Of a stretch of 64,000 bases of DNA, positions 1 through 13,539 are shown in pieces; the first letter of the stretch is position 1; every line of letters starts with the position of its first letter. The position numbers and the translations under genes were made by a program. This stretch comes from Hemiscyllium ocellatum. Taxonomy: Eukaryota. Under the pieces are notes generated by a model. It was not told where the DNA came from. It was given only the letters and a program-made list of their open reading frames with translations, and made no database searches. The DNA is taken from assembly GCF_020745735.1 (NCBI RefSeq), contig NC_083435.1, positions 28,705,231-28,769,230 on the forward strand, in the 5' to 3' direction.

Positions 1-1741
1 ACTGCACTTAAAACTAGCAAACATGTTGATCCAGTTCTCCATCTGGGAGACCAGTCACAACTCTTAGCTGCTGGGAAGACAGTTAACTGAGCTCTTGACT
101 AAGGCTATTAATTGGCCATTAATTGATTGATGGTGAGTGAAGACGTCACCCACAGAAATTGCTACTGAACCTTTAATCATCGAGATGGCGAGAAGCTTGG
201 GTTAAAGTGCGCAAGTATTTGCTCTTCCTGACTCTTGCCTCACTACTCCAAGGGAGTCTGTAATCAAACGTTATAATTCCAGAGTAAGAATCAAGTATTC
301 AAATTGCAGCTCATGAAAACCAATTTAGAACTGTCCTGAAAGTCATTTGACGAGACTGAAACACGTGATTCAGATGTCATGAAATTTAAGGAGTCTGCAG
401 TCCTTAAATTAGCTCTCTTTAATAAGCCAATGTTGCATTTTCAAGCTTTTTAACAGAAATAGCCCGTGTAATTGATATTTGGCTTACACTTTTTCAAATG
501 AAGGTTTTGTTTCTCCCTTGTAAGTTTGTCTTCCCATGCGTTTTTCTCTCTCTCAATAACAGAGTTTCTTCGTAAGCATGCTGTCTCTGCAGCATTATCG
601 GGTCAAAATCCATACACCTTTTAGGAAGGTTTTGATTCTTTTGTAGGTTCAAATTAGCAGGAAGCATTAATAACAATTAGCAAACAGTTTGCAGAGATTA
701 CAAAAAGCAAGGTGGTTATTAAAAAAGGACCCTAACAATCTTTGAGGAGGTAGTTGAACTGTTTACAGGAAATTGTGCTAGGTGCAGAGCAGAGGAAACT
801 TAAGAACATAATGACAAGTTATCACACGGGTGTGGATTAGAGAATATTACGGAAGTACTTTGTATTCGTCTTCACACAAAATAAAGTTCTAACTAGAGCA
901 CGACATCCTTATTCCATTCCAACCCATCATTCAAGGTTAGAATCTGGAATGAAGAAAGCTGACAACATGTTACTTCAGAGGTCCCTGTCCAGCACCTCAA
1001 GCAGTGGTTCCTATTTTTGATATTTCAATTATTCCTGTGGAGAAGTCGGCCACGCTGAGCAAGCGGATGAAGTGAGGCAATGTAACTAATCCCATTTTCG
1101 AGTTCAGACAGGAAGAGGAAGAAGTTTGTGTGCACAAATTTCTCGAGGTGTCACAAGAAGTTGAGAATAACTGCTTTAAAATGAAGTACTGTGAGCTTCT
1201 GAACTTTAAGATCTCCAAGAAAATATGGAGGGAAAGGCAATGGCCTAATGATAATATCACTAGTTATTAATCCAGAAACTCAACTAATGTTCTGGGGACA
1301 TGAGGTGCTGCAAATCCTGCCACGAGAATTTGAATTCAATAAAGCTTTTTGTAATTTACATAAATGATTTGTGTGTGAATATTACTGGTGTAGTGGGCAG
1401 TGAAGGAAGTTATCTCAGAGTACAATGAAAGCCTGATCAGATGGGTCGAGGAATGTGAGGTTTTGGGCAAGCAAATGAGGGCAGGACATGCACACTTAAT
1501 AGTAATATCAGTGGGAGTGTTGCCAACTAAAGAGACCTTGGAGTGCAGTTTCATATTTCCTAAAATGTAGAGTTACAGGTAGACAGTATGTTGACAATAG
1601 TTATCAGTTACCTTGCCTTTATTGATCAGTGCATTGGATATGGAAATTAGGATGATATAGCTATATAGGACGTTGTTTCAACCACTGTTAGAATATTATG
1701 TTCAATTCTGGTTCCCCAGTTTAAAGCAAGTTTTTTTTTTT

Positions 1742-2055
1742 AAAAAATCATTCATGAGATGATCGCTGACTAGATCAGTATTTATTGTCAATCCCATATT
1801 GCTCAGAGGACAAGTAAGAGTTTCTATTTGTCTGGAGTCACATGCAGGCCAGAACAGGTAAGGATTGCAGGTTCCTTCCGAGAGAACAGGAGTCATTAAG
1901 ATGGATTTTTCACAATAAGTGTTAATGGATTCAGTGTCATCGTGAGACTCTTAATTCCGCTTTCTGTGGCATGATTCAAACCCAGATCCCCTGAAGATTA
2001 CCTATGTCACTGGATTAACAGACCAGCAATTAAAGCACAAGGCCATTGTCTCCTC
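1742..2055 (-). mobile_element. SacSINE1/DeuSINE-like SINE; other pieces 1228-1345(+), 2545-2780(+), 12708-12930(-) and unit B copies
   Basis: Shared motifs ctggttcactaatg, gccatccttac, gtgactccaga, aaatgctggcctagccag, gaatttgaattcaataaa. Confidence 0.65.
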
Positions 2056-2065
2056 ATGCTGTTGA

Positions 2066-2540
2066 GCTTGAAAGGCTTCAGAAAATATTTACAAGGATGT
2101 TGGTAGAATTGGAAGGTTGGAACTACAGGGAGAGTCTGAATAGGGTGGGGGCTATTTTCTCTGGAGTGTGGGAGGCTGAGGGAATTACAGGAGTTTATCA
2201 AATCTTGAAGAAGAATGGATTGAATAAATAACCAAGATCTTTTTCCCAGCGGGGGGGGTCCAAAATTAAAGGGCTGAAGTTTCAGATAAGACAGGGAATC
2301 ATATAAAATCCTAAGTGGCAACTTACTCAAGCAGAGTGTGATGCATGTATGGAATGAGCTGCCAAAGGAAGTGAAGGTAATATTTAAAATTCATCTGAAT
2401 GGGTACACGAATTGGAAGGGTTTAGATGAATGTGGGCCAAATGTTAGCAAATGGGATTAGGTGAATTTGGTATAACTTGTCGGCATGCATGAGTTGGTCA
2501 AAAGGATCTCTAACCGTGCAAGATTACAACTCTATAGTTG
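2066..2540 (+). mobile_element. CR1/HER1-type LINE 3' end; unit B copy ~36537-37018
   Basis: LERLQKIFTRMLVELEGWNYRESLNR; 3' UTR ending actcta. Confidence 0.8.
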
Positions 2541-3049
2541 CAATCTGGAAGTAAGGCTCTATTGGCAATCATGCAACAATTGTCGATTGGCAGAAAGATA
2601 TCTGGTTCACTAATGTTATTTAGAGAAGGAAACCTGCCATCCTTACTTGGTTTGGCCTACTTGTGACTCCAGATGCACATCAATGTAGTTTCCTCTCAAC
2701 AGCCTCTATGCAATGAGGAATTGGTAATAAATGCTGGCCTAGCCAGAGCTCTCCACATTTCATGATTGAATACGAAAAAAATACAATATTCCTATGTTAA
2801 AATATAAAACACACTAGAAGTGGAAAATATGAAATTAATACTGAAAATGCTGGAGAAGCTCTGCATCTCAAGCAGTAAGAGTCAAATATGGTCCTTCTTC
2901 AGAATTGAGATCTAAAAAGCCAAATGAAATAGAAGAACTGAATTCAAGTTGAGTTAAGAGTAACTGCTCTTGACACCAAAATAAAATTTGACTGAGTTGG
3001 CAAGAAGGAAAAAAAATTGAAGTCAATGATATGGGGTGTCCATCAACCT

Positions 3050-3590
3050 AGGACAATGGTTGCTTTTATTTGAGGTCAAATATCTCAGTCTGACCACATT
3101 GCTACAGGAGCTTCTCAGAGTAATGTCCTAAAACCAAATGCCTTAAGTTGATTTATGAATGACCAGTCCTCTATCAAGAAGACATTATGGAGATATTACC
3201 TAATGATTGCACAATGTTTAGCACCATTCACAATTCCTCGTACATTGAAGTAGTCCTATCCAACAGGCAGTAAAACTGGACCATATCCAGACATGAGTGA
3301 CAAGTAGTCGTCAAGCCAGGAATGACCATATTCATGAAGAGAAAATCTTACCATCTCCCTTTGACTATCAATGATTCTACTATTAATGAGTTCTCCAATA
3401 TCCACATTCTGGTTATTTCTAGTGAACAGAAAATGAAGTGGAGAAGCCATACAAATACTGACCCTGAAAGAGTAGGTTAGAGGCTACAAATTCTAAAGCA
3501 GGCAACTCACTTCTTAATTCTCCAAATACGGGTCATCATCACTAATTAGAAGTATGCTGAAATAGTCTGTATTTTCCTTCAGCCAAAAGA
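3050..3590 (+). mobile_element. Decayed CR1/L2-clade LINE RT fragment; unit B copy ~37530-38060
   Basis: Resembles the RT end (D-L-D-x-I-Q-x-W...KWQV...TI...LG) with many stops. Confidence 0.55.
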
Positions 3591-4516
3591 AAGTATTGTG
3601 GTGAACTTGGTGGTGGAAAGTTGCTCAGTTGTGCGTGACAGCGCTTATGGGTAAAAAGGAAAATAAAAGTAGGTGCAGACTTGAAGGAACAAAGTCAGTT
3701 TCTATCTGAAGCAACGTAAATGAAGCCTGGAAACAGTTATTATTTCCTGACATTTTTACGGTTCACTGTTGCCTGTAATGAGTGACTGTGAAACTGAACA
3801 ATTAGTGTGTAAGTCATCTATGTCTTTGGCAAAGAATGGAAAGAATTTGGAAGGAAGGAACTTGGAGAACAAAGGATTTTGAGGATCCAGAATAGCACCT
3901 TATCAAGAAGCATGGCTGGTGGTTATTGAATTGCATTTCCCTAGCGTATTTTCCCTGAAGCATAAGACCTGCTGTAACTTCCATTTTCTTTTTTTTAGAT
4001 ATGTGCATGTTTTCGAAGGCAGTTACAGTTTTGTCAGGTGAAGGTATGTGTCCACAGTTCATGGTTTTATTTACTTTTTTTTGAGAAATCATTTATTCCT
4101 TAAAATCAGTAGTACTTGTTGAGCACAGATACATGTCCATGATCTGAGTCCATCAGGAAGGCAAATTTGGAGTTGTGTGTACATTGCTTCAATCATAGTG
4201 GGTCTTGGCAATTAGTTAACTTTTCCGAAAAGTGTCAGAACAAATGTAAATTTTCAACAATGGTTTTTTTTATGTTTCAGTGGGAGACCACCTCATTTAA
4301 ACAATAGCAAAACAAGATTTGATCTTTCAAGCCAGTCTTCAGTCTGACATCTGACTTGTCCCATAACACCATCAATTGAGATTAAAACGCATGTATAGCT
4401 GAGGATGTTTGTCAGCATGTTCTTCAGTTATTTGAAATTTGGAGAAGTATCTCATTCATACTAGGGAAACATTAGCAACACATCTCCAAGTTGTTCTCCA
4501 TTGTTTTGCTCGTTAA

Positions 4517-5406
4517 TTATTTAATTTTAAATTTGACTATATGTTTCACCATGATCTTCAATTGTTCCCTGAACTTGGACTGAGTCACCCCATAAATAAA
4601 TGCATTTGAACAACAATTTAAACTGAGCAGCATATCTGCAACATCTGCAAAGATATGCATTGAATTATTATAATATTCAGGACTAATTCCAGTAATGACA
4701 AAATAAAAGAAATCTATAACATATAAAAGCCACAGGAGTGTGAAGCTGCCAGATATGGTGAAGAGTAGCACCATAGACTTCCTTCTATTCTCCATCTCTG
4801 TGTCACGGGAATTCTGTCCTTTGCTTTGACCCCTCAGTGCCTTCCGGACTTGACTGGTCACTAATATGTATCTGACTGTCAGAGTGTTGAACAACAGAAT
4901 TAAAGCATATGGGATTAATGGAGTTAAGACCTTAGCAAACCAGTTAAATGCCACCCATGCAGGATCAGTGAAGAAGCTTGGCTTGAAACTGCAGAACCAG
5001 GGAATATTGTCAATTATTACTCTATGTTCAATGGTGAAGTAGAAGGAAATATCTTTCAAGCAGAGAAGAATGCAGATAGTTGTCTGAACCAGCACTGCAA
5101 TTTTTCCACTACAATATTTTGTTTTCAGCTTCTGGCAACAAATGGCCACAAATCGATCAAAGGAGAAAGTGACAGTAAGCCAGACTGAACATTCTGAGGA
5201 AGCATAAATCAGGACAAAGTTAATATTACACACAGTGGTGATGTTGAGGAATGATCCTGGGAAATAATACGATTTAATTCTCCATAGTATAAATGCAGTG
5301 ATAACAACCAGTAGATCCGCTGTTGCCATGGCTATCAGATAACGAGTGGTGCAGGTGGAGAGTCCACACTTTCCTCGTGATAGATTCAAAATTGCTAATA
5401 AATTAA
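4517..5406 (-). CDS. GPR139-like: GPR139/GPR142-like class A GPCR, copy 1, coding exon 2 (TM1 C-half to TM7, stop)
   Basis: Acceptor ...ttgcctgtcttgcag|TT AAT TTA at 5407/5406 (phase 1). Open frame with LSRGKCGLS, MATADLL (D2.50), DRFVAICC, ECL2 PWFC, TM7 NAFIY; TAA at 4519-4517. Confidence 0.93.
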
Positions 5407-5567
5407 CTGCAAGACAGGCAAAAGAAACAAACTGGATATTACTGATAAATCATTATCTATGTTGACCTGGTAAGTCAGATATTTTATATGTAGAATAATA
5501 GAGTGGGAAGGGGAAAAATAAATATTGATGGAAAAGAAAATCAAACATGAATTGAATTTTTCCACAT

Positions 5568-6226
5568 TGTTATGTACTAAGCCAGACATCCTCAAAATAT
5601 TTCAAGAAGGTCGCCCAGACCCTAAATTTTCAAATTGTTTTAAGCAAGTGTAAAGTGGATATTCCAGGACTGATGCAGCTGGCCCAACCACTCAGTTTTA
5701 CATATCGCATAATGTTAGCACGTTTTGAGAAGATTTGAAATATAACATGATTTATTACGTACTCCTGAATGAAGCATGAATTAAAGAAAACCAAACTTTG
5801 AATAAACTTTGAAACTTTGAAAGCCCAAATGACTCTATTGCAATGTTTCAAATATTTGCAACATCCCCTCAAACAGCCCCTTGACAAAAAAAGTTAAAAT
5901 CAAACATAGGTTCTTACAGGAGAGAGATCAGAGAGAGAGAGAGAGAGGATCAGCATAGAGCTGTTTCTTTGGATGCCAGCAGCTCCTTTGGATTCCCAGC
6001 TAAAACTTGACCAGCAGCTGCAAACAAAACATTTTGCTAAGACTAAACCAAACCCTGAACTGGGAGAACTGGCCACTCCATTTCATTGTACAAGTGTTTA
6101 AAAAAAGAACACTGAAAAGCTTTCCCAAGTATGTATTTCCAAACATGTCAAAACCTCTGCATTTAGGACCCCTCTAAAAAAAAGGAAAGGACAACATGAC
6201 CTTTTTAAAGGAGTAGCATCATCACA
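5568..6226 (-). repeat. 3' LTR (659 bp) preceded by a polypurine tract
   Basis: Minus strand aagggggagg|TGTGATG...CATAACA; PPT at 6227-6236; related to LTR pieces at 7490-7640 and 8545-8787. Confidence 0.8.
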
Positions 6227-6399
6227 CCTCCCCCTTAAATAAAATTAACCATCAATATCCAAAGATGATTTCATTTTAAAACCACTTTATCTCATGCTGT
6301 TAGTACGTTACTGAACACTGACTCCCACCATGCAAACATGCACTATTACATTCTATTTCAGTCCATTTATTCCTGCCACCAAATGCCTCTGTTTCTCAA

Positions 6400-7440
6400 T
6401 CAAGTCTCAGCAGTGTGGCAACAATCACATTTTCTTGTCCTGCTGCACGCACAATTTTCAAATTGAATGCCTGTAACAACAAGTTCCATTAAACTGTCTG
6501 AATATTTGTCCTTAAATGTTTCAAAAAGCTTCAATGGATTATAATCAATGTATATGATTGTCTCAAATATATTACTGGAAAAATTAACATTGAAATGCTG
6601 AAATGCTAATGCCACGCTCAAAGTCTCCTTCTAAACTTTCAAATATTTCTGCTGATGAACATCCAATTTCCTGGAGAAATACTCGATAGGTTTTTTTTTC
6701 TATCTTTTCATAGTCATCCTGCAAAAGCACAGCACTGAGACCCGAATCATTTGCTTCGATAGCCACTTTCATTTGCTTTGCATAGTTTGGTGTGACTAAT
6801 ACCGGGGCAGTGGTTAACGTAGATCTCAAGTTGTCAAATGCCTTCTGACAGTTCACTGTCAATTGAAACATCTTGTCATTTTTTGAGTAATTCAGTGAGT
6901 GGAACAGATACATTGGTAAATCTTTAAGATAATTTCCAATAAAATCCACTCAATCCCAGGAATCTGGGATTCACTTTTTGCCAATGGTTTGTGGAACTCG
7001 TCAATTTATTTTGCTTTTGCATTCCATTGTCCATGTCCAATAACATGAACCAGAAAGTTTTCTTGGAGTTTGGCCAATACACTCTTAGCCAGTTTTTATC
7101 ATCAAGCCTGCCTCCCGAAGTCAATTGAACAATTCTGATAAATGTTGCAAATACTTTTTCCATGTGTGACTAAAAAGGTCACGAGGTTATCAATATAAAC
7201 TAAACAATTGGTTAATCCGGAAGTGACCTTTTTGGTTAGTCTCTGGAATGTGGCTGGTTCATTTTTCAAAACAAATGGTATGACTTTAAATTGATGTAAT
7301 CCATTTGACGTTGAGAAAACTGAAATTGACTTCACTCTTTTGGACCCTCTGAGTAAGTCCAGTTTCAAAATACAAGTTGCTTGACCCACATTTTCAACAC
7401 AGTCTTCCAAACGTGGAGTCAGGTATGCATCACTCTTTGC
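6400..7440 (-). pseudogene. Degenerate Gypsy pol (RT + RNase H)
   Basis: ORF pieces KLDLLRG, FKVIPFVLKNEPATFQR, VYIDNL (YIDD), FLGLSGFY, CQKAFDNL...APVL, AVLLQ, with frameshifts. Confidence 0.85.
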
Positions 7441-7639
7441 AACGCATTGACTTTGTGACAGCTAAACCTTGACCACTAGCAACAAACTAAACAACTTGTT
7501 ACAACTAAACCAAACCTAACCCTGAAGTCAGAGAACTAGCTATTCCCCTTTCATTGTGCAAGAGCTTAATTGCCACAGAGAGGCCAAAGAGGGGGGCAGA
7601 CAGAGAGGGAGAGAGAGGGGTGATCATCACAGAACTGCT

Positions 7640-9617
7640 TCTGTAATTGTCTAAGCATATTTATTTCTCTTTCTTAAGTACAGGAATTATTTTATCTCTC
7701 TGTTAGTCCTCTATGTTATATCTTGTGAAATATGTGAAGCATTATAACTGCTACATTTTGTCTAGATTCTTTTCATCTGTAACTTGTGAAAACTTCAGTC
7801 TTTATTTCCTCTTTTAGTTAGTTTATTTTATTCCGATATAACCTCTTTTTATTTATAATACCCTTAACTCTTTGCTAATCTTATCATTCATTAACAGGAT
7901 AATGTATCTTAAGTTCTCTGATACATTCCAAGGTCAAACAAACGATCCTTTAGATATCTGCCAGCTCTCTATCTTGACCTGTCTATCCAGCATGAAACCA
8001 ATTTCTGTTATAGTGCTACATTTGTATATCTGTTTAATAATTTTTGTTTTATAGTAATTGTTTAATAATTTGAATTCACAGATCCTCTTTTTCTAACTTG
8101 ATTAATTGATTTAAATCTCTCATTTTCCCCTTTGTATGATCTCTTCTCAGGCACTCAAGAATAATGAGCTTCATGTATCTCTTGACTAACTCTCAGTTGT
8201 CCTCCTGCATTCTAAGGACGTCCAAGAGTTTTGGATTAGCCACATGATCCACTTTCTCAGGGTCTGATCTTGGGTTGCTGCCGGAGTCATTTCCTGTTAC
8301 TCATCTCTGGGTATCTGTCTGGAATTTGTAATGAAATGAAGACACCTCTGGCTGACAGGATTCATCCTGTAGTTCAGGCAAACTCTTTTTTTTTACCTTA
8401 TTCAAATGTCATCATATTTTGGGGTGCAGTTGTTTGTCTGCCTTTTCCCCAAGCTTAAACGTTGATGTTGTGACAATGCTGTTTCTTTAACAAGGTTATG
8501 TTGTCCTTGTTTTATTTTCAGAGAGGTTGTAAGTGTAGCGGCTTCTCTGAGTTCCTAGCTAAAGATAACCAGCAGCTGAAAACAAAACATCGAGCTAAAA
8601 CCAAACCAAACCAAACCCTCATCGGGGAGAACTGATCACTCCCTTATATTGTGTAAGATTTTACAAAACAAAATTACTGAAAAACTTTCTCAAATCAATA
8701 TTTCCAGGCATATCACAATCTCTACGCTTACGACCTCTCTGAGAAAAAAGGACAACATAGCCTTGTTAAAGGAGTAGCACCGTCACAACATCAACGTTTA
8801 GAATTGGGGAAAAGGCAGACAAACAACTGCACCCCCAAATATGATGACATTTGAATAAGGTTAAAAAAAATGAGTTTGCCTGAGCTACAGGATTAATCCT
8901 GTCAGCCAGAGTTTTCTTCATTTCATTACAAATTCCAGAAAGATACCCAAGATGAGTAACAGGAAATGACTCCGGCAGCAACCCAAGATCAGACCCTGAG
9001 AAAGTGGATCATGTAGCTTATCCAAAACTCTTGGACGTCCTGGGAATGCAGTAGGACAATTGAGGGTTAGTCAAGTGAAACATGAAGATCATTATTCTAG
9101 AGTTTATTGTAAGAGATCATACAAAGGGGAAAATTAGAGATCTAAATCAATTAATCAAGTTAGAAAAATGAGGATCTGTGAATTCATATTATTAAACAAA
9201 TACTATTAAACAAACAATCTATCAACAGACATACAAATGTAGCACTACAACAGAAATAGGTTTAATGCTGGATAGACAGTTCAAGGTAGAGAGCTGGCAG
9301 ACATACTAAAGGATCGTTTGTCTGACCTTCGAAGGTAGGAGAGACCTAAAGATATGTGATTATATTAATGAATAACATGACTAGCAATGAGTTAAGGGTA
9401 TTATAAATCAAAAGAGGATATATTGGAATAAAATAAACAAACTAAATGAGGAAATAAAGACTGATTTTCACAGTTCACATTTGAAAAGAATCTAGACAAG
9501 ATGTAGCAGTTATAATGCTTCACATATTTAACAAGATATAGCATAGAGGACTAACACAGAGATAAAATAATTCCTGTACTTAAGAAAGAGGAATAAATAT
9601 GCTTAGACAATTACAGA
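7640..9617. repeat. Long inverted repeat: arms 7640-8538 and 8722-9617, spacer ~180 bp
   Basis: E.g. tctgtaattgtctaagcatattta (7640) is the reverse complement of taaatatgcttagacaattacaga (ends 9617); ORFs 8270..8458(+) and 8766..8981(-) are mirror translations. Confidence 0.93.
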
Positions 9618-10889
9618 CCACTGAGCCTAATTTTGATGATAGGAAAATAATGGAATTCATAAGGAATGAAATGAAGATTATCTAAAAATAGGAAGTATTA
9701 CAATTAATAACATGACTTTCAAAAGGGAGAGCCACCTCATCCATAGAAGCATAGAAAAGCCGCAGAAGTAGGCCATTCGGCTCTTAGAGCTTACAACGTC
9801 ATTCAATATGGTCATGACTGATCATCTGAGTATCTTGTTTGTGCTTTCTCCCCTTCCTTTTGATCACTTCACTCCTAAGAAATATAGGTAACTTCTTCAT
9901 GAAATTATTCAATGTCAGTAAAACTTCCTACTAAGTAACTGAATTAAAGACAACTTGTAGTAATTTACATACAACAATTTACTGTTGCATTTTTAAAAGG
10001 AACTTCGAATTTTCCCCACTCTAATGTAAGACTGACCAATTCCCTGTTGTCTCTCTCTCTATATTTAAAAAAAAACTAGATGGTATACATTAACCTTGAA
10101 CCTTGGTTAACATCGAATCCATCGGAACTATTCCAGAGTCAATAGAACTTTGAAAAATGCCCACCAATGCATTGAACATTTCTGTGACCACATCCTTAAT
10201 AATTCTTTGATGTATATCAACAGGATCTGGAGATTCATTGTTCTTTAATCCCATCAATTACCCTAACAACATTTCCCTACTAAAACTGACTTTCTTCATT
10301 GCGTTCTTCTCATTAGGCGCTGTGCTCCACAACATTTTTGGCAGTTTATTTGAGTATCCTTCATAAAGGCAGAATCAAAGTATGTACTTAATTGGTCTGC
10401 CATCTCTTCATAACAAATTACAACTTCTTCTACTTTTCGCTGTCAGGGGCTTCCATTTGTCATCACTTAATCTTGTTTTTGTATTCACATATCTATAGAT
10501 GTTTCTACAATTTGTATGAATGTTCCCAAAATGTTTCCTCTTGTACTATATTATCCTCCAAATTAATAAAATGATAATACCATAAGGATAGGTTTAGGAG
10601 TAGGCGGTTTAGTCCCTCAAACCTGCTCCACCATTCAATGGGATCATGGCTGATCTGGCATTCCTTATGTCCATTTTTCTATCATTTCCCGTAACTCTTA
10701 ACTCTCATACTGATAAAGGCATCTTATCTTTAAATATCCAGAAGGACTCTCCCAACACAGCATTCTGTTGCTTGACTGACCAAAACTTTTTTTGTTAAAA
10801 CAGTGACAGATATAACAAAAGATATGACTTATCTGGGTTTTTTTTTAATCATCCTTGGTATTGTGCACAAGAGTGGATGAATGAGTAAA

Positions 10890-11275
10890 ATGAGGGAATA
10901 TGGAGTCACGGGGCAAATGGCAGCTCAGGATGGAATCATTGCTTTTCACAATATACATGACTAATCAGGTACTGCATGCAAAAATTAAAGGGTGGAGGTT
11001 TAAGGTCAGAGGGATAAGTTATAAAAGGGACAACTGTATCATGCAGAGGCTGGTGCATGTATGGAATGAGCTGACAGAGGAAGTGTGGAGGCGAGTAAAA
11101 TTACAACAGCTAAAAGGCACCTGGATGGATAGTTGAATAGGAAAGTTTTACAGGAACATTGTCAAAATAATGGCAAATGGGAATAGATTAATTTAGGATA
11201 TCTGGTCAGCATGGATGAGTCGGATCCAACGGTCGGATTCTGTGCTGTACAACTGCATGTCTCTATGACTCTAAT
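10890..11275 (+). mobile_element. CR1 LINE 3' end; unit B copy ~45670-46060
   Basis: QRLVHVWNEL..EV, 3' UTR ctgtacaactgcatgtctctatgactcta. Confidence 0.7.
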
Positions 11276-12010
11276 GGTTTTGATACTGGAATCAAGAACA
11301 CAGTTTATAATTTTGCAGCTGACAAATAATTAAGGGGAAGCTAGGCAAGTATGTGAGGGAGCACAGAGTAGGTGGCCATGACAGCAGGCATGGATGAAAA
11401 ATGAAGCAAGGAGCCTTGAAAGAAGAAATAATATTCACATTGTCTGTTTGGAACAAATTTCCACTTCCGTTGCGCTGCATGTCTGATGTAATCAATATTT
11501 ACTTTGAAAGCATTATCAACAGCAAATGCTTTCTCTTTGTTGTTTATTATGTCTGAAAAGAAAGCTGGCCGTTCCAAAGAGAAAACATAAATGCAAACAA
11601 AGCAAGGAGAACAATTCCAGGAACTGACCAATTCCAATATTTACTCTTTGAATGTCTCCTCTACTAATCACTGACTCGGCTGTACATAATGTACCACGAA
11701 AGGAACCAAATTGAAGACAATAAATGAGACTGAGAGTTATGAACATGTTTATTGTCTTTCTAAGCAAATGAACAAAACTGGAAATGTAATTCAGGATGTT
11801 TAACTTTAAGAAAAGTGTCACTGATCCGGATCTGATCAGACAAAAAGCATAAATATTAATCAAGACTAAAATGACAGAATGATTCCCTATCACTGATTTA
11901 CAAATTTCAAATCTCAGAAAAAAAATCCAGAAATAGCAAAAAAGGAATAAAGAAATCCTTTTTCACTCCAGGACCTGACTCACTCTCCGAAAAACGCAAG
12001 AGATACTTAC

Positions 12011-12074
12011 CAGGAACACCAATGATAGCAAGAATTGAGTAGTATGCTTTCTTGATGCTGAAAAATGTTTCCAT
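12011..12074 (-). CDS. GPR139-like: GPR139-like GPCR copy 1, coding exon 1 (METFFSIKKAYYSILAIIGVP)
   Basis: ATG at 12074, 64 nt ending GGT GTT CCT G|gtaagt (donor 12010); joins exon 2 in frame as GVP-V-NL, giving 317 aa; intron 6604 bp. Confidence 0.88.
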
Positions 12075-13539
12075 ATTTTTCTCTGTGATGTTATCTGTCC
12101 CTTGATGCTGCTGACAATCCCTATAAATTGGACTCTGAAGCAATATATTCGCAAAACCTTCTATTTTTACACTTTCGGACCTCCATAGGGAAATTGACAT
12201 CACGGGATTGCTCAATATAGTTTTGTTAGTGACAACGAGAACCTGGAAATTATTTTAAATCACTAGAATGTCGGGTACTACTCATTTGTCAGATTGAATA
12301 AGCGAATCAAATAAACGAAACAATTTTCATTTCAAGAATTTGTTAGCTGAAATTGCAAGCTGTAATCCAGTAGCGATGGGATTAATCAGCTCTTCAGTGT
12401 GCACAAGGGGCCAGAATTTAATGAAATCGGATAACTTGGAAGGATTTGGGACTCAAGATAAGAGCAGATTGGAAGATTTGAGACACAGTTTGACCAAAAT
12501 TTGACAGAGTAGAAATTTAAAATATAACTGAGGAATGAGAGAGAGAAATATTTGGGGGAAAAGAAGTTTTATTGCTACAGGAGCAAGGTATCTGCTTGTA
12601 CTATTAATGACGTCAGTTATGGAGGAAAATGAGACATGAAATGAAAATAAAATAAATGGTTGATATGAGGGTTCAGAACAGGAGTGAGCCGATAGACCGA
12701 GCAAATTATTTTTTGATATTCAGTCACAGACTATGAACGTCACTGGCCACCCCAGTGTTTCGTATCCATTCCTCATCATCCAGAGGGCAGTTGAGAGTCA
12801 ATCACATTGCTGTGGGACCAGAGTCACATGTTGGCCAGATGGGTAACGATGGCCAAGATCCTAAATCCAAAATGGTTTTAGATTTAAAGGTCATTAGTAA
12901 ATCAGAAAGGTTTTTCCCACACTCGGAATAGACACCCAGACATATATAAGTCTATGAGGTGAATTTGAGTTTGCAGAATTATATTTGCAGATACATTCTT
13001 TTTTGCTCAAACAGTCTGCAGGCAGTCAATGCAGGCCGTCAATCCATGTAATATTTTATGAATTCCTATTTTGGAAATAGCACACGTCTGATTCAAGATT
13101 GGGATACATACAGACGGACTCTAACCTCACTGCTTTAATGCATTGTCTGAGCTGAAATGTCACCTATTTTAAAAAATATATAAAAGCTTGCTTTTTTGAG
13201 GATACGACTAAGAAGAAGTTCTGGGATTTACGTATTCATGAACTGAAAACTGAAACCCATTCCAAAAGACGAAAGACTTTACAGCAGTCTAGGTTTGTTC
13301 AATATAGCATTTCAGTTGCATGACACTGTCATCTTTTGTGATAAATTCTGCCTCTTTTGATTCTTTTTCAAAGTTACCAAATGAAAGATTTGCAGTCCAA
13401 AAGCTAGTGCTTCCAAATAAACCTGTTGGATGAAAACTTAGTGCTGTGTGATTTTTAACTATGTCCACTCCAGTCCAACATCGGCACCTCCACATCATGA
13501 ATAAAAGGGCATTGAATTACTATCAGAGATATAATAAGC

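Larger units (their letters stand above)
5568..8787 (-). mobile_element. Ty3/Gypsy LTR retrotransposon, internally deleted and rearranged, inside GPCR intron
   Basis: Termini TGTGA...TAACA on the minus strand, flanked by a 4-bp target-site duplication ACAT (5564-5567 and 8788-8791); degenerate RT/RNase H inside. Confidence 0.8.

Noticed and set aside
11292-11893. Hydrophobic minus-strand ORFs in the GPCR intron
   Set aside because: AT-rich intron sequence; frames are not kept in unit B and no recognisable motif is present.
12115-12205. TATA-like (tttatagg) and CRE-like (tgacatca) GPCR promoter motifs
   Set aside because: Non-consensus, both altered in unit B, and expected by chance in AT-rich DNA.
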